Notes under the pieces: model-generated | What the model was told of the DNA's origin: nothing | What the model saw: the letters and a program-made list of their open reading frames with translations, nothing else | The model's database searches: none | Position numbers and translations under genes: made by a program | Shown: positions 40,218 through 48,079 of the stretch, one piece after another | How positions within the stretch are numbered: position 1 is the first letter of the stretch | Layout: each line of letters starts with the position of its first letter | DNA from: an uncultured Enterobacteriaceae bacterium | GTDB lineage: Bacteria > Pseudomonadota > Gammaproteobacteria > Burkholderiales > SG8-39 | Length of the DNA: 64,000 bases | Assembly (NCBI GenBank): GCA_964565875.1 | Contig: CAZMGP010000016.1 | Coordinates: 12,269 to 76,268 of the forward strand | Direction of reading: 5' to 3'

Positions 40218-40226
40218 TGATATAAT
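40218..40226 (+). promoter_or_regulatory. Candidate extended -10 promoter element TGATATAAT
   Basis: TGnTATAAT match about 125 nt upstream of the HD-domain gene. No convincing -35. Confidence 0.3.
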
Positions 40227-40351
40227 GGTTTTCATTGCTTGGCTGTGCAGAAGGACGCAGACCGGGCGACACCGATGGCGCGGCAGGCGCTCCCGCCCGC
40301 AGCGCGGGTAATCCACCAAACGATCCCGCACGGGCGCGGCGGAGGCGGCAG

Positions 40352-41287
40352 ATGACTCATCGCGGCAACGATTACGACGTCAGCGCGCAAATCAATACCA
40401 CCGATCCGCAGACGGTGAACGCCGCCGTCGACCGCATCTACCTGGATCTCTACCCCGCCGCCTCCACACAGCAGCTCGACCGCGCGTTTCGCGACGTCAC
40501 CCGCATCTACCGCGGTGAATTTCCGGGATATCGCTCCTGCGACACGGCTTACCACGACGTGCAGCACGTGTTGGACGTAACGCTCGCCATGGCGCGGCTG
40601 ATCGACGGTTACGAGCGCGCCCGCATCGGCACGCAGCCCTTCGGCGAGGCGCTGTTCCGCCTGGGGGTGATCACGGCGCTATTTCACGACGTGGGCTACT
40701 TGCGCAAGGTGAAGGACCATACGCACAAGCAGGGGGCCGAATACACCCTGATCCACGTGTCGCGCGGCGCGCAGTTTCTGAAGGATTACCTGCCGCGCGT
40801 CGGCCTGGGCGAGATGGCCGACATCGCCGCGGAGCTGATCCATTTCACCGGCTACGAGACGCCGGTGTCGAAGATCAAGGTCCCGGCTCCGATCTACAAG
40901 TTGCTCGGCAGCATGCTCGGCTCGGCCGACATCATCGCCCAGATGGCGGACCGCTGCTATCTGGAAAAATGCCGCGACCGGCTGTATCCGGAATTCGTCG
41001 CCGGTGGCCTGGCGCGCAAGCGCACGCCCGAAGGCAACGAGCAGATCTTGTTCGCCTCCGGCGACGATTTGGTGATCAAGACGCCGGAATTCTTTCAGGG
41101 TGCTTCGAAGCGCCTCGAAGTCGACCTGGGCGGCACCTACTCCTATGCGCAGCGCCATTTCGGGGGTCAGAATCTGTACCTGGAGGAATTGAACAAGAAC
41201 ATCCGCTTCGCCAAGGAAATGGGCGCGCAGGGCGACGCCTCCTTGCTCAAGCGCAATCCTCCGGAAACGCTGACGGCGAAACCTTGA
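40352..41287 (+). CDS. HD-domain protein (metal-dependent phosphohydrolase-like)
   Basis: ATG at 40352 preceded by GGAGG. YHDVQH and LFHDVGY motifs. 311 aa. Confidence 0.7.
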   Translation: MTHRGNDYDVSAQINTTDPQTVNAAVDRIYLDLYPAASTQQLDRAFRDVTRIYRGEFPGYRSCDTAYHDVQHVLDVTLAMARLIDGYERARIGTQPFGEALFRLGVITALFHDVGYLRKVKDHTHKQGAEYTLIHVSRGAQFLKDYLPRVGLGEMADIAAELIHFTGYETPVSKIKVPAPIYKLLGSMLGSADIIAQMADRCYLEKCRDRLYPEFVAGGLARKRTPEGNEQILFASGDDLVIKTPEFFQGASKRLEVDLGGTYSYAQRHFGGQNLYLEELNKNIRFAKEMGAQGDASLLKRNPPETLTAKP

Positions 41288-41416
41288 TCGCCCGCGTTCT
41301 GTAGGAGGCCCGCCCCCGGGCCGATCTCACTTCGATCTGGTAGCGATCGCGGCGTGGCCCCGAGGGGCTAAAGGCGCCGCTCCCGCTGTTGTGATCCTTC
41401 CCGCCCGGGCACGCTC

Positions 41417-42349
41417 TTAAAGCAGCACGTCCTTCGACAAACCGCGCCAACGCAGCACGCGCCGCAGCTGCCCCAATGCCTCGAGCTGGATCTGTCGCAC
41501 GCGCTCGCGCGTCAGGCCGAGTTGCTCGGCCAGTTCCTCCAGGGTGCAGACTTCCTGGCCGTTCAAGCCGAAGCGTCGCTCGATCACGGTGCGCTGCTTT
41601 TCGTTCAGGTGCGCGAGCCACTGTTTCACCAGCGATTCGATTTCCTGCGCTTGCAGGCCGGTTTCTGGATTGATGGTCTGCTCGTCCGACACCGTTTCGC
41701 CGATCGACAGCATCGGATCGATATCGAGCGGCGCGTCGAGCGATGCGACGTGCTCGTTGTGGGAAAGCAGGCTGCGGATCTCGTCCGCCGGCCGATCGAG
41801 AAGATGCGCGATGTCCTCGATGCTCGCGTCGCGCTCGCCGTGCACCTCCAGATGGCGCTTGGCGCGCAGGACCAGATTAAGTTCCTTGATCACGTGCACC
41901 GGCAGCCGGATGGTGCGCGACTGATTCATGATCGCGCGCTCGATGTTCTGGCGGATCCACCAGGTGGCGTAGGTCGAAAAGCGGAAGCCGCGCTCGGGAT
42001 CGAATTTTTCCAGGGCGTGCATCAGGCCGAGGTTGCCTTCCTCGACCAGGTCGAGCAGCGGCACGCTGCGATTGATGTAATGCTTGGCGATGTTCACCAC
42101 CAGGCGCAGGTTGCGCTCGATCATCTTCTGCCGCGCGGCGAAGTCGCCCTGCGCCGCGCGCCGCGCATACTGCAATTCCTCCTCGGGCGAAAGCAGCGGA
42201 TTGAGCCCGATCTCGTGCAAATAGATCTGCGTGACGTCGGAGAGGAACTCGATTTCCGGGTCGACCGCCTCCGCCTGGCCGGCGCTCGCCTGTTCGGCTG
42301 GCGGCTCGCCCTCGAGTTCCTCGTCCGATGGGGAAGATCGCTGGTTCAC
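41417..42349 (-). CDS. rpoS: RNA polymerase sigma factor RpoS
   Basis: 310 aa sigma-70-family protein (regions 2-4: FSTYATWWIRQ, C-terminal HTH) downstream of nlpD in the surE-pcm-nlpD-rpoS arrangement. GTG start overlaps the nlpD stop. Confidence 0.88.
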   Translation of the reverse strand: MNQRSSPSDEELEGEPPAEQASAGQAEAVDPEIEFLSDVTQIYLHEIGLNPLLSPEEELQYARRAAQGDFAARQKMIERNLRLVVNIAKHYINRSVPLLDLVEEGNLGLMHALEKFDPERGFRFSTYATWWIRQNIERAIMNQSRTIRLPVHVIKELNLVLRAKRHLEVHGERDASIEDIAHLLDRPADEIRSLLSHNEHVASLDAPLDIDPMLSIGETVSDEQTINPETGLQAQEIESLVKQWLAHLNEKQRTVIERRFGLNGQEVCTLEELAEQLGLTRERVRQIQLEALGQLRRVLRWRGLSKDVLL

Positions 42350-43311
42350 TGTGGCGGGAGGTATTTGCTGGGATCGACCGGTTTGCCGAGCTTGCGAATC
42401 TCGAAATGCAGCCCAGGGGCATCGGCGTCGGAATTGCCGACTTCCGCAATCTTCTGCCCCTTGACCACGTTCTGCCCTTCCTTCACCAGGATGTCCTTGT
42501 TGTGGGCGTAGGCCGAGAGGTAGGTCTTATTGTGTTTGATGATGACGAGTTTGCCGTAGCCACGCAGGCCGCTGCCGCTGTAGACCACGCGCCCCCCAGC
42601 GGAGGCGAGCACCGGATCGCCGAGCTTGCCGGAAATGTCTATTCCCTTGTTGCTCGCCTCCGAGAATCCGGCGCGGATCTTTCCGCGCGCAGGCCAACTC
42701 CAGTCGACCTTGTCCTCGTCCTCGACATCGGCATCCGTCTTCGCCGGCGGTGCCGCAGCCGGTGCTGCCGCAGGGGGCGCCGCGGCGGGCGCGGGCTGGG
42801 GAACGGTCCGCGCTTCCGAGCGCTGCAGCAATGCCACGTTCTCCGACGAGTAGGGAAGCTTACGCGCCTGCGGCTCCGTCTTCACCGCCCCTTCGCCGGC
42901 GGCGGACCGTGCCGCAGCCGGTTCCTTGCCCTGCGCCTGCGCGCCGAGCGGCCGCGATTCCACGCGTCCGGCGCTGCTCACCGGATTCACCGTCACCCCA
43001 GATTCCGGCGCCGCGGCCGGCGGCTTCAAGCGTAGCTGCTGACCGACCTGGATGCGGTTCGGGTCGTCGAGGTTGTTCCAGGCCGCGAGTTCCTTGTAGT
43101 CCTGCCCCTGATCGAGCGCAATGCTGTACAACGTATCGCCGCGCTTCACCACATAGGCTTCGGGCCGCTGCTCGGGCGCCTTGGCGGCAGTCCGCGGCGC
43201 GGCAGGAGGCGCACGCTCGATCACCGGCGCCTGTACCGGCCGGCTGGCGCAGCCCGCCAGGGACAGAGCGGCAACCAGGCAGGACAAGGAAAGTATGGAT
43301 GCGTGCCTCAC
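42346..43311 (-). CDS. nlpD: LysM/M23 peptidase lipoprotein NlpD
   Basis: Lipobox LSLAGC, LysM ([13 protein letters not shown]), Pro/Ala-rich linker and C-terminal M23 domain. Confidence 0.88.
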   Translation of the reverse strand: MRHASILSLSCLVAALSLAGCASRPVQAPVIERAPPAAPRTAAKAPEQRPEAYVVKRGDTLYSIALDQGQDYKELAAWNNLDDPNRIQVGQQLRLKPPAAAPESGVTVNPVSSAGRVESRPLGAQAQGKEPAAARSAAGEGAVKTEPQARKLPYSSENVALLQRSEARTVPQPAPAAAPPAAAPAAAPPAKTDADVEDEDKVDWSWPARGKIRAGFSEASNKGIDISGKLGDPVLASAGGRVVYSGSGLRGYGKLVIIKHNKTYLSAYAHNKDILVKEGQNVVKGQKIAEVGNSDADAPGLHFEIRKLGKPVDPSKYLPPQ

Positions 43312-43970
43312 TCGACCCCCATCAACATGGGCACGAAACGCACCGCGGACAGCGTCGTTTCGGTGAAACCGCTGCGGCTGCGCTCGACCAAGCGCAGAAC
43401 TTGATCGGACGTGCCGAAGGGCAGGATCATCCTTCCGCGCAGCGCGAGTTGCGCGAGCAGTGCCCGCGGTAGCTGCGGGCTGGCAGCCGCCAGGATGATG
43501 GAATCGAAGGGCGCGACTTCCGGTAGGCCCAGGTTGCCGTCGCCATGCTTCAAGCGCAGGTTGGGCAGGCGCAAACTGCGCAGATTGGCGCGCGCCTTCG
43601 CCAACAGCGGCGCGATGCGCTCGATGGAGTAGACATCGGTCGCGAGTTGCGCCAGCACCGCCGCCTGATAGCCGCAGCCGGTGCCGACTTCCAGCACCTT
43701 GCCCAGCTCGCGGCCGGCACGCAGCGCCTGGATCATCAAAGCGACCACGAAAGGCTGGGAGATGGTCTGGGAAAAGCCGATCGGCAGTGCCGTGTCCTCG
43801 TAGGCGCGGCTGGCGAGCGCCTCCTCGACGAACAGGTGGCGCGGCACCTGGTTAATCGCCGCGAGCACCGCCTCGTCGACAATGCCTTCCTTGCGCAGGC
43901 GTTGGACCATGCGCGCGCGCGTGCGCTGCGAGGTCATGCCTATGCCCTGGTGCTGCGCCGGCCGGATCAT
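43308..43970 (-). CDS. pcm: Protein-L-isoaspartate O-methyltransferase
   Basis: Internal ATG at 43970 overlaps the surE stop (ATGA). 220 aa with SAM motif [13 protein letters not shown]. Confidence 0.9.
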   Translation of the reverse strand: MIRPAQHQGIGMTSQRTRARMVQRLRKEGIVDEAVLAAINQVPRHLFVEEALASRAYEDTALPIGFSQTISQPFVVALMIQALRAGRELGKVLEVGTGCGYQAAVLAQLATDVYSIERIAPLLAKARANLRSLRLPNLRLKHGDGNLGLPEVAPFDSIILAAASPQLPRALLAQLALRGRMILPFGTSDQVLRLVERSRSGFTETTLSAVRFVPMLMGVE

Positions 43971-44710
43971 TGCTTCAACCAATCGCGCAACTGCGGAATC
44001 TGGCCGACATGGGTCAGATCCACCTGCAGCGGCGTCACCGAAACGCGCTTGGCCGCAACGGCGTAGAAATCGGTGCCTTCGCCCGCGTCCTGCGCACCGC
44101 CCGCGGGACCGACCCAATAGACCGTCTCGTCGCGCGGATTACGCTCCTTCACCACGGGCTCGGCCTTATGGCGTTTGCCCAGGCGCGTGACTTCCATGCC
44201 GTGCAGCTCGCGATAGGGAACGTCGGGCACGTTGATGTTGAGCAGCACCGCGCCCGAAACCGGCCTGCGCTGCAGGCGCTCGACCATTTCCAAGGTCACG
44301 CGCGCCGCGGTCGCGAGATGCTTGCCCTCCTTGCTCGCGAGCGATATCGCGATGGAGGGAATGCCGAGGAGATAGCCTTCGGTCGCCGCCGCGACGGTGC
44401 CGGAGTAGATGGTGTCGTCGCCCATGTTGGCGCCGAGATTGATGCCTGACACCACCATGTCGGGAAGGTAGTCGAGCAGCCCGGTGACTGCCAGATGCAC
44501 GCAGTCGGTCGGCGTACCGTTTACGTACAGGAAGCCTTCGTCCGAGCGCTTGACCGACAGCGGCCGGTCCAGCGTCAGCGAATTGGATGCGCCGCTGCGG
44601 TCGCGCTCCGGCGCCACCACCGCGATATCGGCTACGGCGGAAAGCGTATTGGCGAGCTTGGCCAGCCCCGGGGAAAAGTAGCCGTCGTCGTTGCTGAGCA
44701 GGATGCGCAT
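43967..44710 (-). CDS. surE: 5'/3'-nucleotidase SurE
   Basis: 247 aa with canonical [11 protein letters not shown]-terminus. Confidence 0.92.
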   Translation of the reverse strand: MRILLSNDDGYFSPGLAKLANTLSAVADIAVVAPERDRSGASNSLTLDRPLSVKRSDEGFLYVNGTPTDCVHLAVTGLLDYLPDMVVSGINLGANMGDDTIYSGTVAAATEGYLLGIPSIAISLASKEGKHLATAARVTLEMVERLQRRPVSGAVLLNINVPDVPYRELHGMEVTRLGKRHKAEPVVKERNPRDETVYWVGPAGGAQDAGEGTDFYAVAAKRVSVTPLQVDLTHVGQIPQLRDWLKQ

Positions 44711-44824
44711 GTGCGTCGGATTATAAAGGAGCGCGTCCCTTCCTGTACGCCGGTTGCATGGCGCGCCCGCTGGCCGCTGCGATGCAATTCCCCGATGCCG
44801 CGCGCCGCGCCTTGGCGCATGCGC

Positions 44825-45973
44825 TCAATAGGTGCCGGGCACCAGTATCGAAGAATTCACCTGCTTCACGTCGCGCAATCCGCAGAACGCGATCGTGAGG
44901 TCAATCTCGTTGCGGATGATTTCCAGCGCCTTGGTCACGCCTGCCTCTCCCATCGCTCCCAAGCCGTACACGAACGCGCGGCCGATGAATACGCCCTTGG
45001 CGCCGAGTGCAAGCGCCTTGACCACGTCCTGGCCGGAGCGAATGCCGCTGTCCATCAGCACTTCGATCTTGTTCCCCACCGCGCGCGCGATCGGCGGCAA
45101 AGCTGCGATCGCGGAAGGCGCGCCGTCGAGCTGCCGCCCGCCGTGGTTGGAGACGACGATCGCGTGTGCGCCGGTGCGCGCCGCAATTTCCGCATCCTCC
45201 GCGTCCATGATGCCCTTCAGGATCAGCTTGCCGCCCCACGCATCCTGGATCCACTTTACGTCGTCCCAGTTGAGCGTGGGGTCGAGCTGGCTCGCGCTCC
45301 AGGAAGAAAGCGAACTCAAGTTCTCGACGCCGGTAGCGTGGCCGACAACGTTGCGAAAGGTGCGGCGATTCGTGCCGAGCATGCCCAGGCCCCAGCGCGG
45401 CTTGGTGACCATGTTCGCCATGTTGCGCAGCGTGATCTTGGGCGGCGCCGACAGCCCGTTCTTGATGTCCTTGTGCCGCTGCCCCATGATCTGCAGGTCG
45501 AGGGTGAGAACGAGCGCCGAGCAACCGGCCGCCTTGGCGCGCGCGATCAACCGTCGGATGAAATCGCGGTCGCGCATGACGTAGAGCTGAAACCAGAACG
45601 GGGCGCTGACGTTCTCGGCCACGTCTTCGATCGAGCAGATGCTCATCGTCGACATCGTGAACGGCACACCGAACTTTTCCGCGGCGCGCGCCGCCAGGAT
45701 CTCCCCGTCTGCATGCTGCATGCCCACGAGGCCGACCGGCGCCAAGGCCACCGGCATGCTCAGCTCCTGGCCGGCCATCGTCGACTTGAGCGTGCGATGC
45801 TCCATGTTGATGGCGACGCGCTGGCGCAGTTTGATCTTGGAAAAATCGCTCTCGTTCTCGTGGTACGTGCCTTCGGTCCAGGAACCGCCATCTGCATACT
45901 CGTAGAACATGCGCGGCACGCGCCTCCTCGCGAGTTGGCGCAAATCTTCGACACAGGTGATCACCGGGGGCAT
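44825..45973 (-). CDS. FMN-dependent alpha-hydroxy-acid dehydrogenase (L-lactate dehydrogenase-like)
   Basis: Internal ATG at 45973, 382 aa. SNHGGRQLD and GIRSGQDV motifs. Confidence 0.87.
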   Translation of the reverse strand: MPPVITCVEDLRQLARRRVPRMFYEYADGGSWTEGTYHENESDFSKIKLRQRVAINMEHRTLKSTMAGQELSMPVALAPVGLVGMQHADGEILAARAAEKFGVPFTMSTMSICSIEDVAENVSAPFWFQLYVMRDRDFIRRLIARAKAAGCSALVLTLDLQIMGQRHKDIKNGLSAPPKITLRNMANMVTKPRWGLGMLGTNRRTFRNVVGHATGVENLSSLSSWSASQLDPTLNWDDVKWIQDAWGGKLILKGIMDAEDAEIAARTGAHAIVVSNHGGRQLDGAPSAIAALPPIARAVGNKIEVLMDSGIRSGQDVVKALALGAKGVFIGRAFVYGLGAMGEAGVTKALEIIRNEIDLTIAFCGLRDVKQVNSSILVPGTY

Positions 45974-46070
45974 AACGACTCCGCATGCTGACAAAAGAAA
46001 GATCCCTCCTCCCACGGACCCGTCGCGAAATGCATTTCCTGCAGCGGGCCGACCTCGGGGAGCATGAGGG

Positions 46071-46139
46071 GATGCGCCCCGCGGGAAGCCCCCTTGGGGG
46101 ACGCCCCGAAGGAAGTGCCCTTGGGGCATGTCCCCTCAC
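46071..46139. repeat. Imperfect 27-29 nt tandem repeat (about 2.4 copies) of GGGG-N-CCCC mini-palindromes
   Basis: GATGCGCCCCGCGGGAAGCCCCCTTGGGG / GACGCCCCGAAGGAAGTGCCCTTGGGG / CATGTCCCC. Intergenic, upstream of the lldD-like gene. Confidence 0.4.
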
Positions 46140-46255
46140 ATTTGGTAACGAATACTAAGGCAAAGCGGGGGCGAATGCCAGGAAAGTGCGCGCCGGAACC
46201 GTGGGCGCGCGCCACCTGCACGGCGAGCCCGAAACGCAGCGTTGCGCGGAGTGCG

Positions 46256-46801
46256 TCAGCGCGTCCAGGTTGCGCGCAGGAGATTGTCTTCTTTGTTGTA
46301 GCGGAACTCGAGATCGCCTTTGTAGGCGTTGTGCAGCGCCTGCGCGATATCGCGCGCAAGATGCGTGTCGGTGGTCGTCACGGTCACGCCCTCGGCGTTA
46401 TCCTCGATGGCCATGATCCTCTGCAGCGGATGCTCCGCCTTTTCCTTCATCTCGTGATTGCGCAGAAGACTCAAAATATCGTCGCGGTGCTGCTGCAGAA
46501 ATTCGCCCTTCAGGGTCACGAAACCCGCCGGAAAGTGATCGTGTATGCGGTGACAGGCGGGACAGCGTGCTGCCTGCGCCTGCGCCGGCGCTTCTCCCCA
46601 GATCCAGCGGCCGCCGCGGAATACTGCGCCGCAATCCGGACAGCGCGTAGGCTCGCGCAGCTTGTGCCCGGACTTGTAGCTATCGTGAACCAGTTCCTTG
46701 AACAGTTGCTCCCTGCCGATCGGAGTGAAATTCCTGAGCCCGCCTTTCATGCTCGTCCCCTTGATTTTCGTCGCCATGTCGCTGAGCGCGCATCGCGTCA
46801 C
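46256..46801 (-). CDS. Conserved hypothetical protein with zinc-ribbon-like CPDC...CPAC pair
   Basis: 181-aa ORF. Start is uncertain (alternative Met residues at codons 9 and 18). No function recognised. Confidence 0.6.
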   Translation of the reverse strand: MTRCALSDMATKIKGTSMKGGLRNFTPIGREQLFKELVHDSYKSGHKLREPTRCPDCGAVFRGGRWIWGEAPAQAQAARCPACHRIHDHFPAGFVTLKGEFLQQHRDDILSLLRNHEMKEKAEHPLQRIMAIEDNAEGVTVTTTDTHLARDIAQALHNAYKGDLEFRYNKEDNLLRATWTR

Positions 46802-46923
46802 AAATCAACATACGCCCTCCGCGCATGGTCGATATGATTTCCGTCAAACGCGGCAGGAGGCGTTCCCGCGCCCCAGGCGGCTCGGACGTTCGAGGCGGCG
46901 GCGGAAGAGTTGCGCGGGTTGGA

Positions 46924-47523
46924 TTACGCGCTCGGGACGGCGCTTGCGCGCCGATCGAGCGAACCCGGCGCACGCACGGCGAGTAGCGAGCCCCAGCGCG
47001 CGATCCCGAGCGTGCCGAAGTATTCCCCGTGGGCGAGGCCTTCCTCAATCATCCAGCGCGTGAGTTCTTCGGCAGTGGGCGCCGACAGTTCGCGCTCGGC
47101 GCGGCATTCGCCTTCGCTCGTGTGCACGCGCATTTCCGCGCGCACAGCCATGCGCCGCATCGGCGCGTTGTCGCCGAGGAACATGACGAAGACGTGCCTA
47201 ACCCCGCACAGCCTCGCGCGGACGAGGAGCCTTTGCATGAGCAAGGTGCCGATGCCCTGGCCGCGGCGGTCCGCACGGACGGAAAATGCCATCTCGCTCG
47301 CGTCGGCGCCGTGCACGAGTTCCGCCAGTCCGATCAACTCCGCCCGCTCGTCGAAAGCGCCTAGGATCGAGTTGCCGGCAAAGTCGAGGCCGCGGACGTA
47401 GTTCAATATAGTCGCGTCCCCGAGCGCGCAGCAAAAGCGCCTGCGTCGGTCGGCCGGCGAGAGCGCCAGGTAGAAATCCTCGACGGCGTTCTGCTCGAAT
47501 ACGGTTAGCGGTCTGATAATCAT
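46924..47523 (-). CDS. GNAT-family acetyltransferase-like protein
   Basis: Internal ATG at 47523. RRGQGIGTLLM acetyl-CoA motif. Confidence 0.7.
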   Translation of the reverse strand: MIIRPLTVFEQNAVEDFYLALSPADRRRRFCCALGDATILNYVRGLDFAGNSILGAFDERAELIGLAELVHGADASEMAFSVRADRRGQGIGTLLMQRLLVRARLCGVRHVFVMFLGDNAPMRRMAVRAEMRVHTSEGECRAERELSAPTAEELTRWMIEEGLAHGEYFGTLGIARWGSLLAVRAPGSLDRRASAVPSA

Positions 47524-47663
47524 CCCAATTTGTCGCCTTACGCATCTACTTTGACCATGTATAGCATCTTGGTGCAATGCAGCATAGTGTTTTATATGAT
47601 CGTGAAGATCAGAAAATCCAATGGGGATAGAGCAATAATTGAACGAAAAATCACACTTGACTA

Positions 47664-47692
47664 TTGCATTGCAGCAAAGATTGTTGTATAGT
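47664..47692 (+). promoter_or_regulatory. Sigma-70-type promoter of the candidate sRNA
   Basis: TTGCAT (47664-69), a 17-nt spacer, then TATAGT (47687-92). Confidence 0.45.
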
Positions 47693-47699
47693 CTTTTCC

Positions 47700-47778
47700 A
47701 ACGGGGTTTCTCCTCCTCCTCCTTTGGAATCCCGTCTTCAAGCCGGTGGCGCTCCCAAAAGCCCCACCGGCTTTTTTT
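47700..47778 (+). ncRNA. Candidate ~80-nt small RNA with anti-Shine-Dalgarno loop (UCCUCCUCCUCC)
   Basis: Bracketed by the promoter above and an intrinsic terminator. Hairpin 1 is a 10-bp stem (47701-10/47726-35) with a 15-nt loop UCCUCCUCCUCCUUU. The terminator loop also contains CUCCC. It resembles, from memory, the betaproteobacterial toxic small RNA family. Confidence 0.5.
47742..47778 (+). terminator. Intrinsic terminator
   Basis: GCCGGTGG/CCACCGGC 8-bp stem (47742-49/47764-71) followed by T7 (47772-78). Confidence 0.65.
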
Positions 47779-47836
47779 CGGAATAAATTCATCATCCTAG
47801 GCTGTTATCCCCAAGTCAGGCGCGCGTCCCGTGCCT

Positions 47837-47852
47837 TGGCATAGCGCTTGCT
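47837..47852 (+). promoter_or_regulatory. Sigma-54 (-24/-12) promoter-like sequence
   Basis: TGGCAT-N5-TTGCT has exact consensus spacing (consensus TGGCAC-N5-TTGCW). It lies about 230 nt upstream of the gene starting at 48080. Confidence 0.35.
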
Positions 47853-48079
47853 ACCTTTAGTCGCGACTGTGCCTCGCCAGACCAAGCACAGACAATAACT
47901 GCATAATTGTCAATAGCTTATTGCGCATGACAGGCTCGCGCCTAGGCGCGCGCAGCGTAGGGGAGGATGCCGGATGCTGAAAGTTCAACGAGTCTCTGTC
48001 ACACGTTCGACACAATCCGCCGTGCAGGACTGCCGACGCACGTCGCCGATCGGCGTCTGGTGAGCAAAGCGCATCGGAA

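Noticed and set aside
46071-46139. CRISPR-like array
   Set aside because: There are only about 2.4 directly adjacent imperfect units with no spacers, and no cas genes are in the window. It is a simple tandem repeat.
47974-48063. 29-codon ORF (MLKVQRVSVTRSTQSAVQDCRRTSPIGVW) with a GGGGAGGA SD in the leader of the pseudo-kinase gene
   Set aside because: There are no supporting features beyond the SD. It is short and basic, and conservation cannot be assessed here. It is noted only as a possibility under the sigma-54 finding.
47580-48079. Genomic-island boundary (lower-GC region preceding the regulatory and cytochrome genes)
   Set aside because: There is no integrase, tRNA, direct repeats or transposase. 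The cytochrome genes have the same high-GC character as the rest of the window. The lower GC is explained by promoter and sRNA content.
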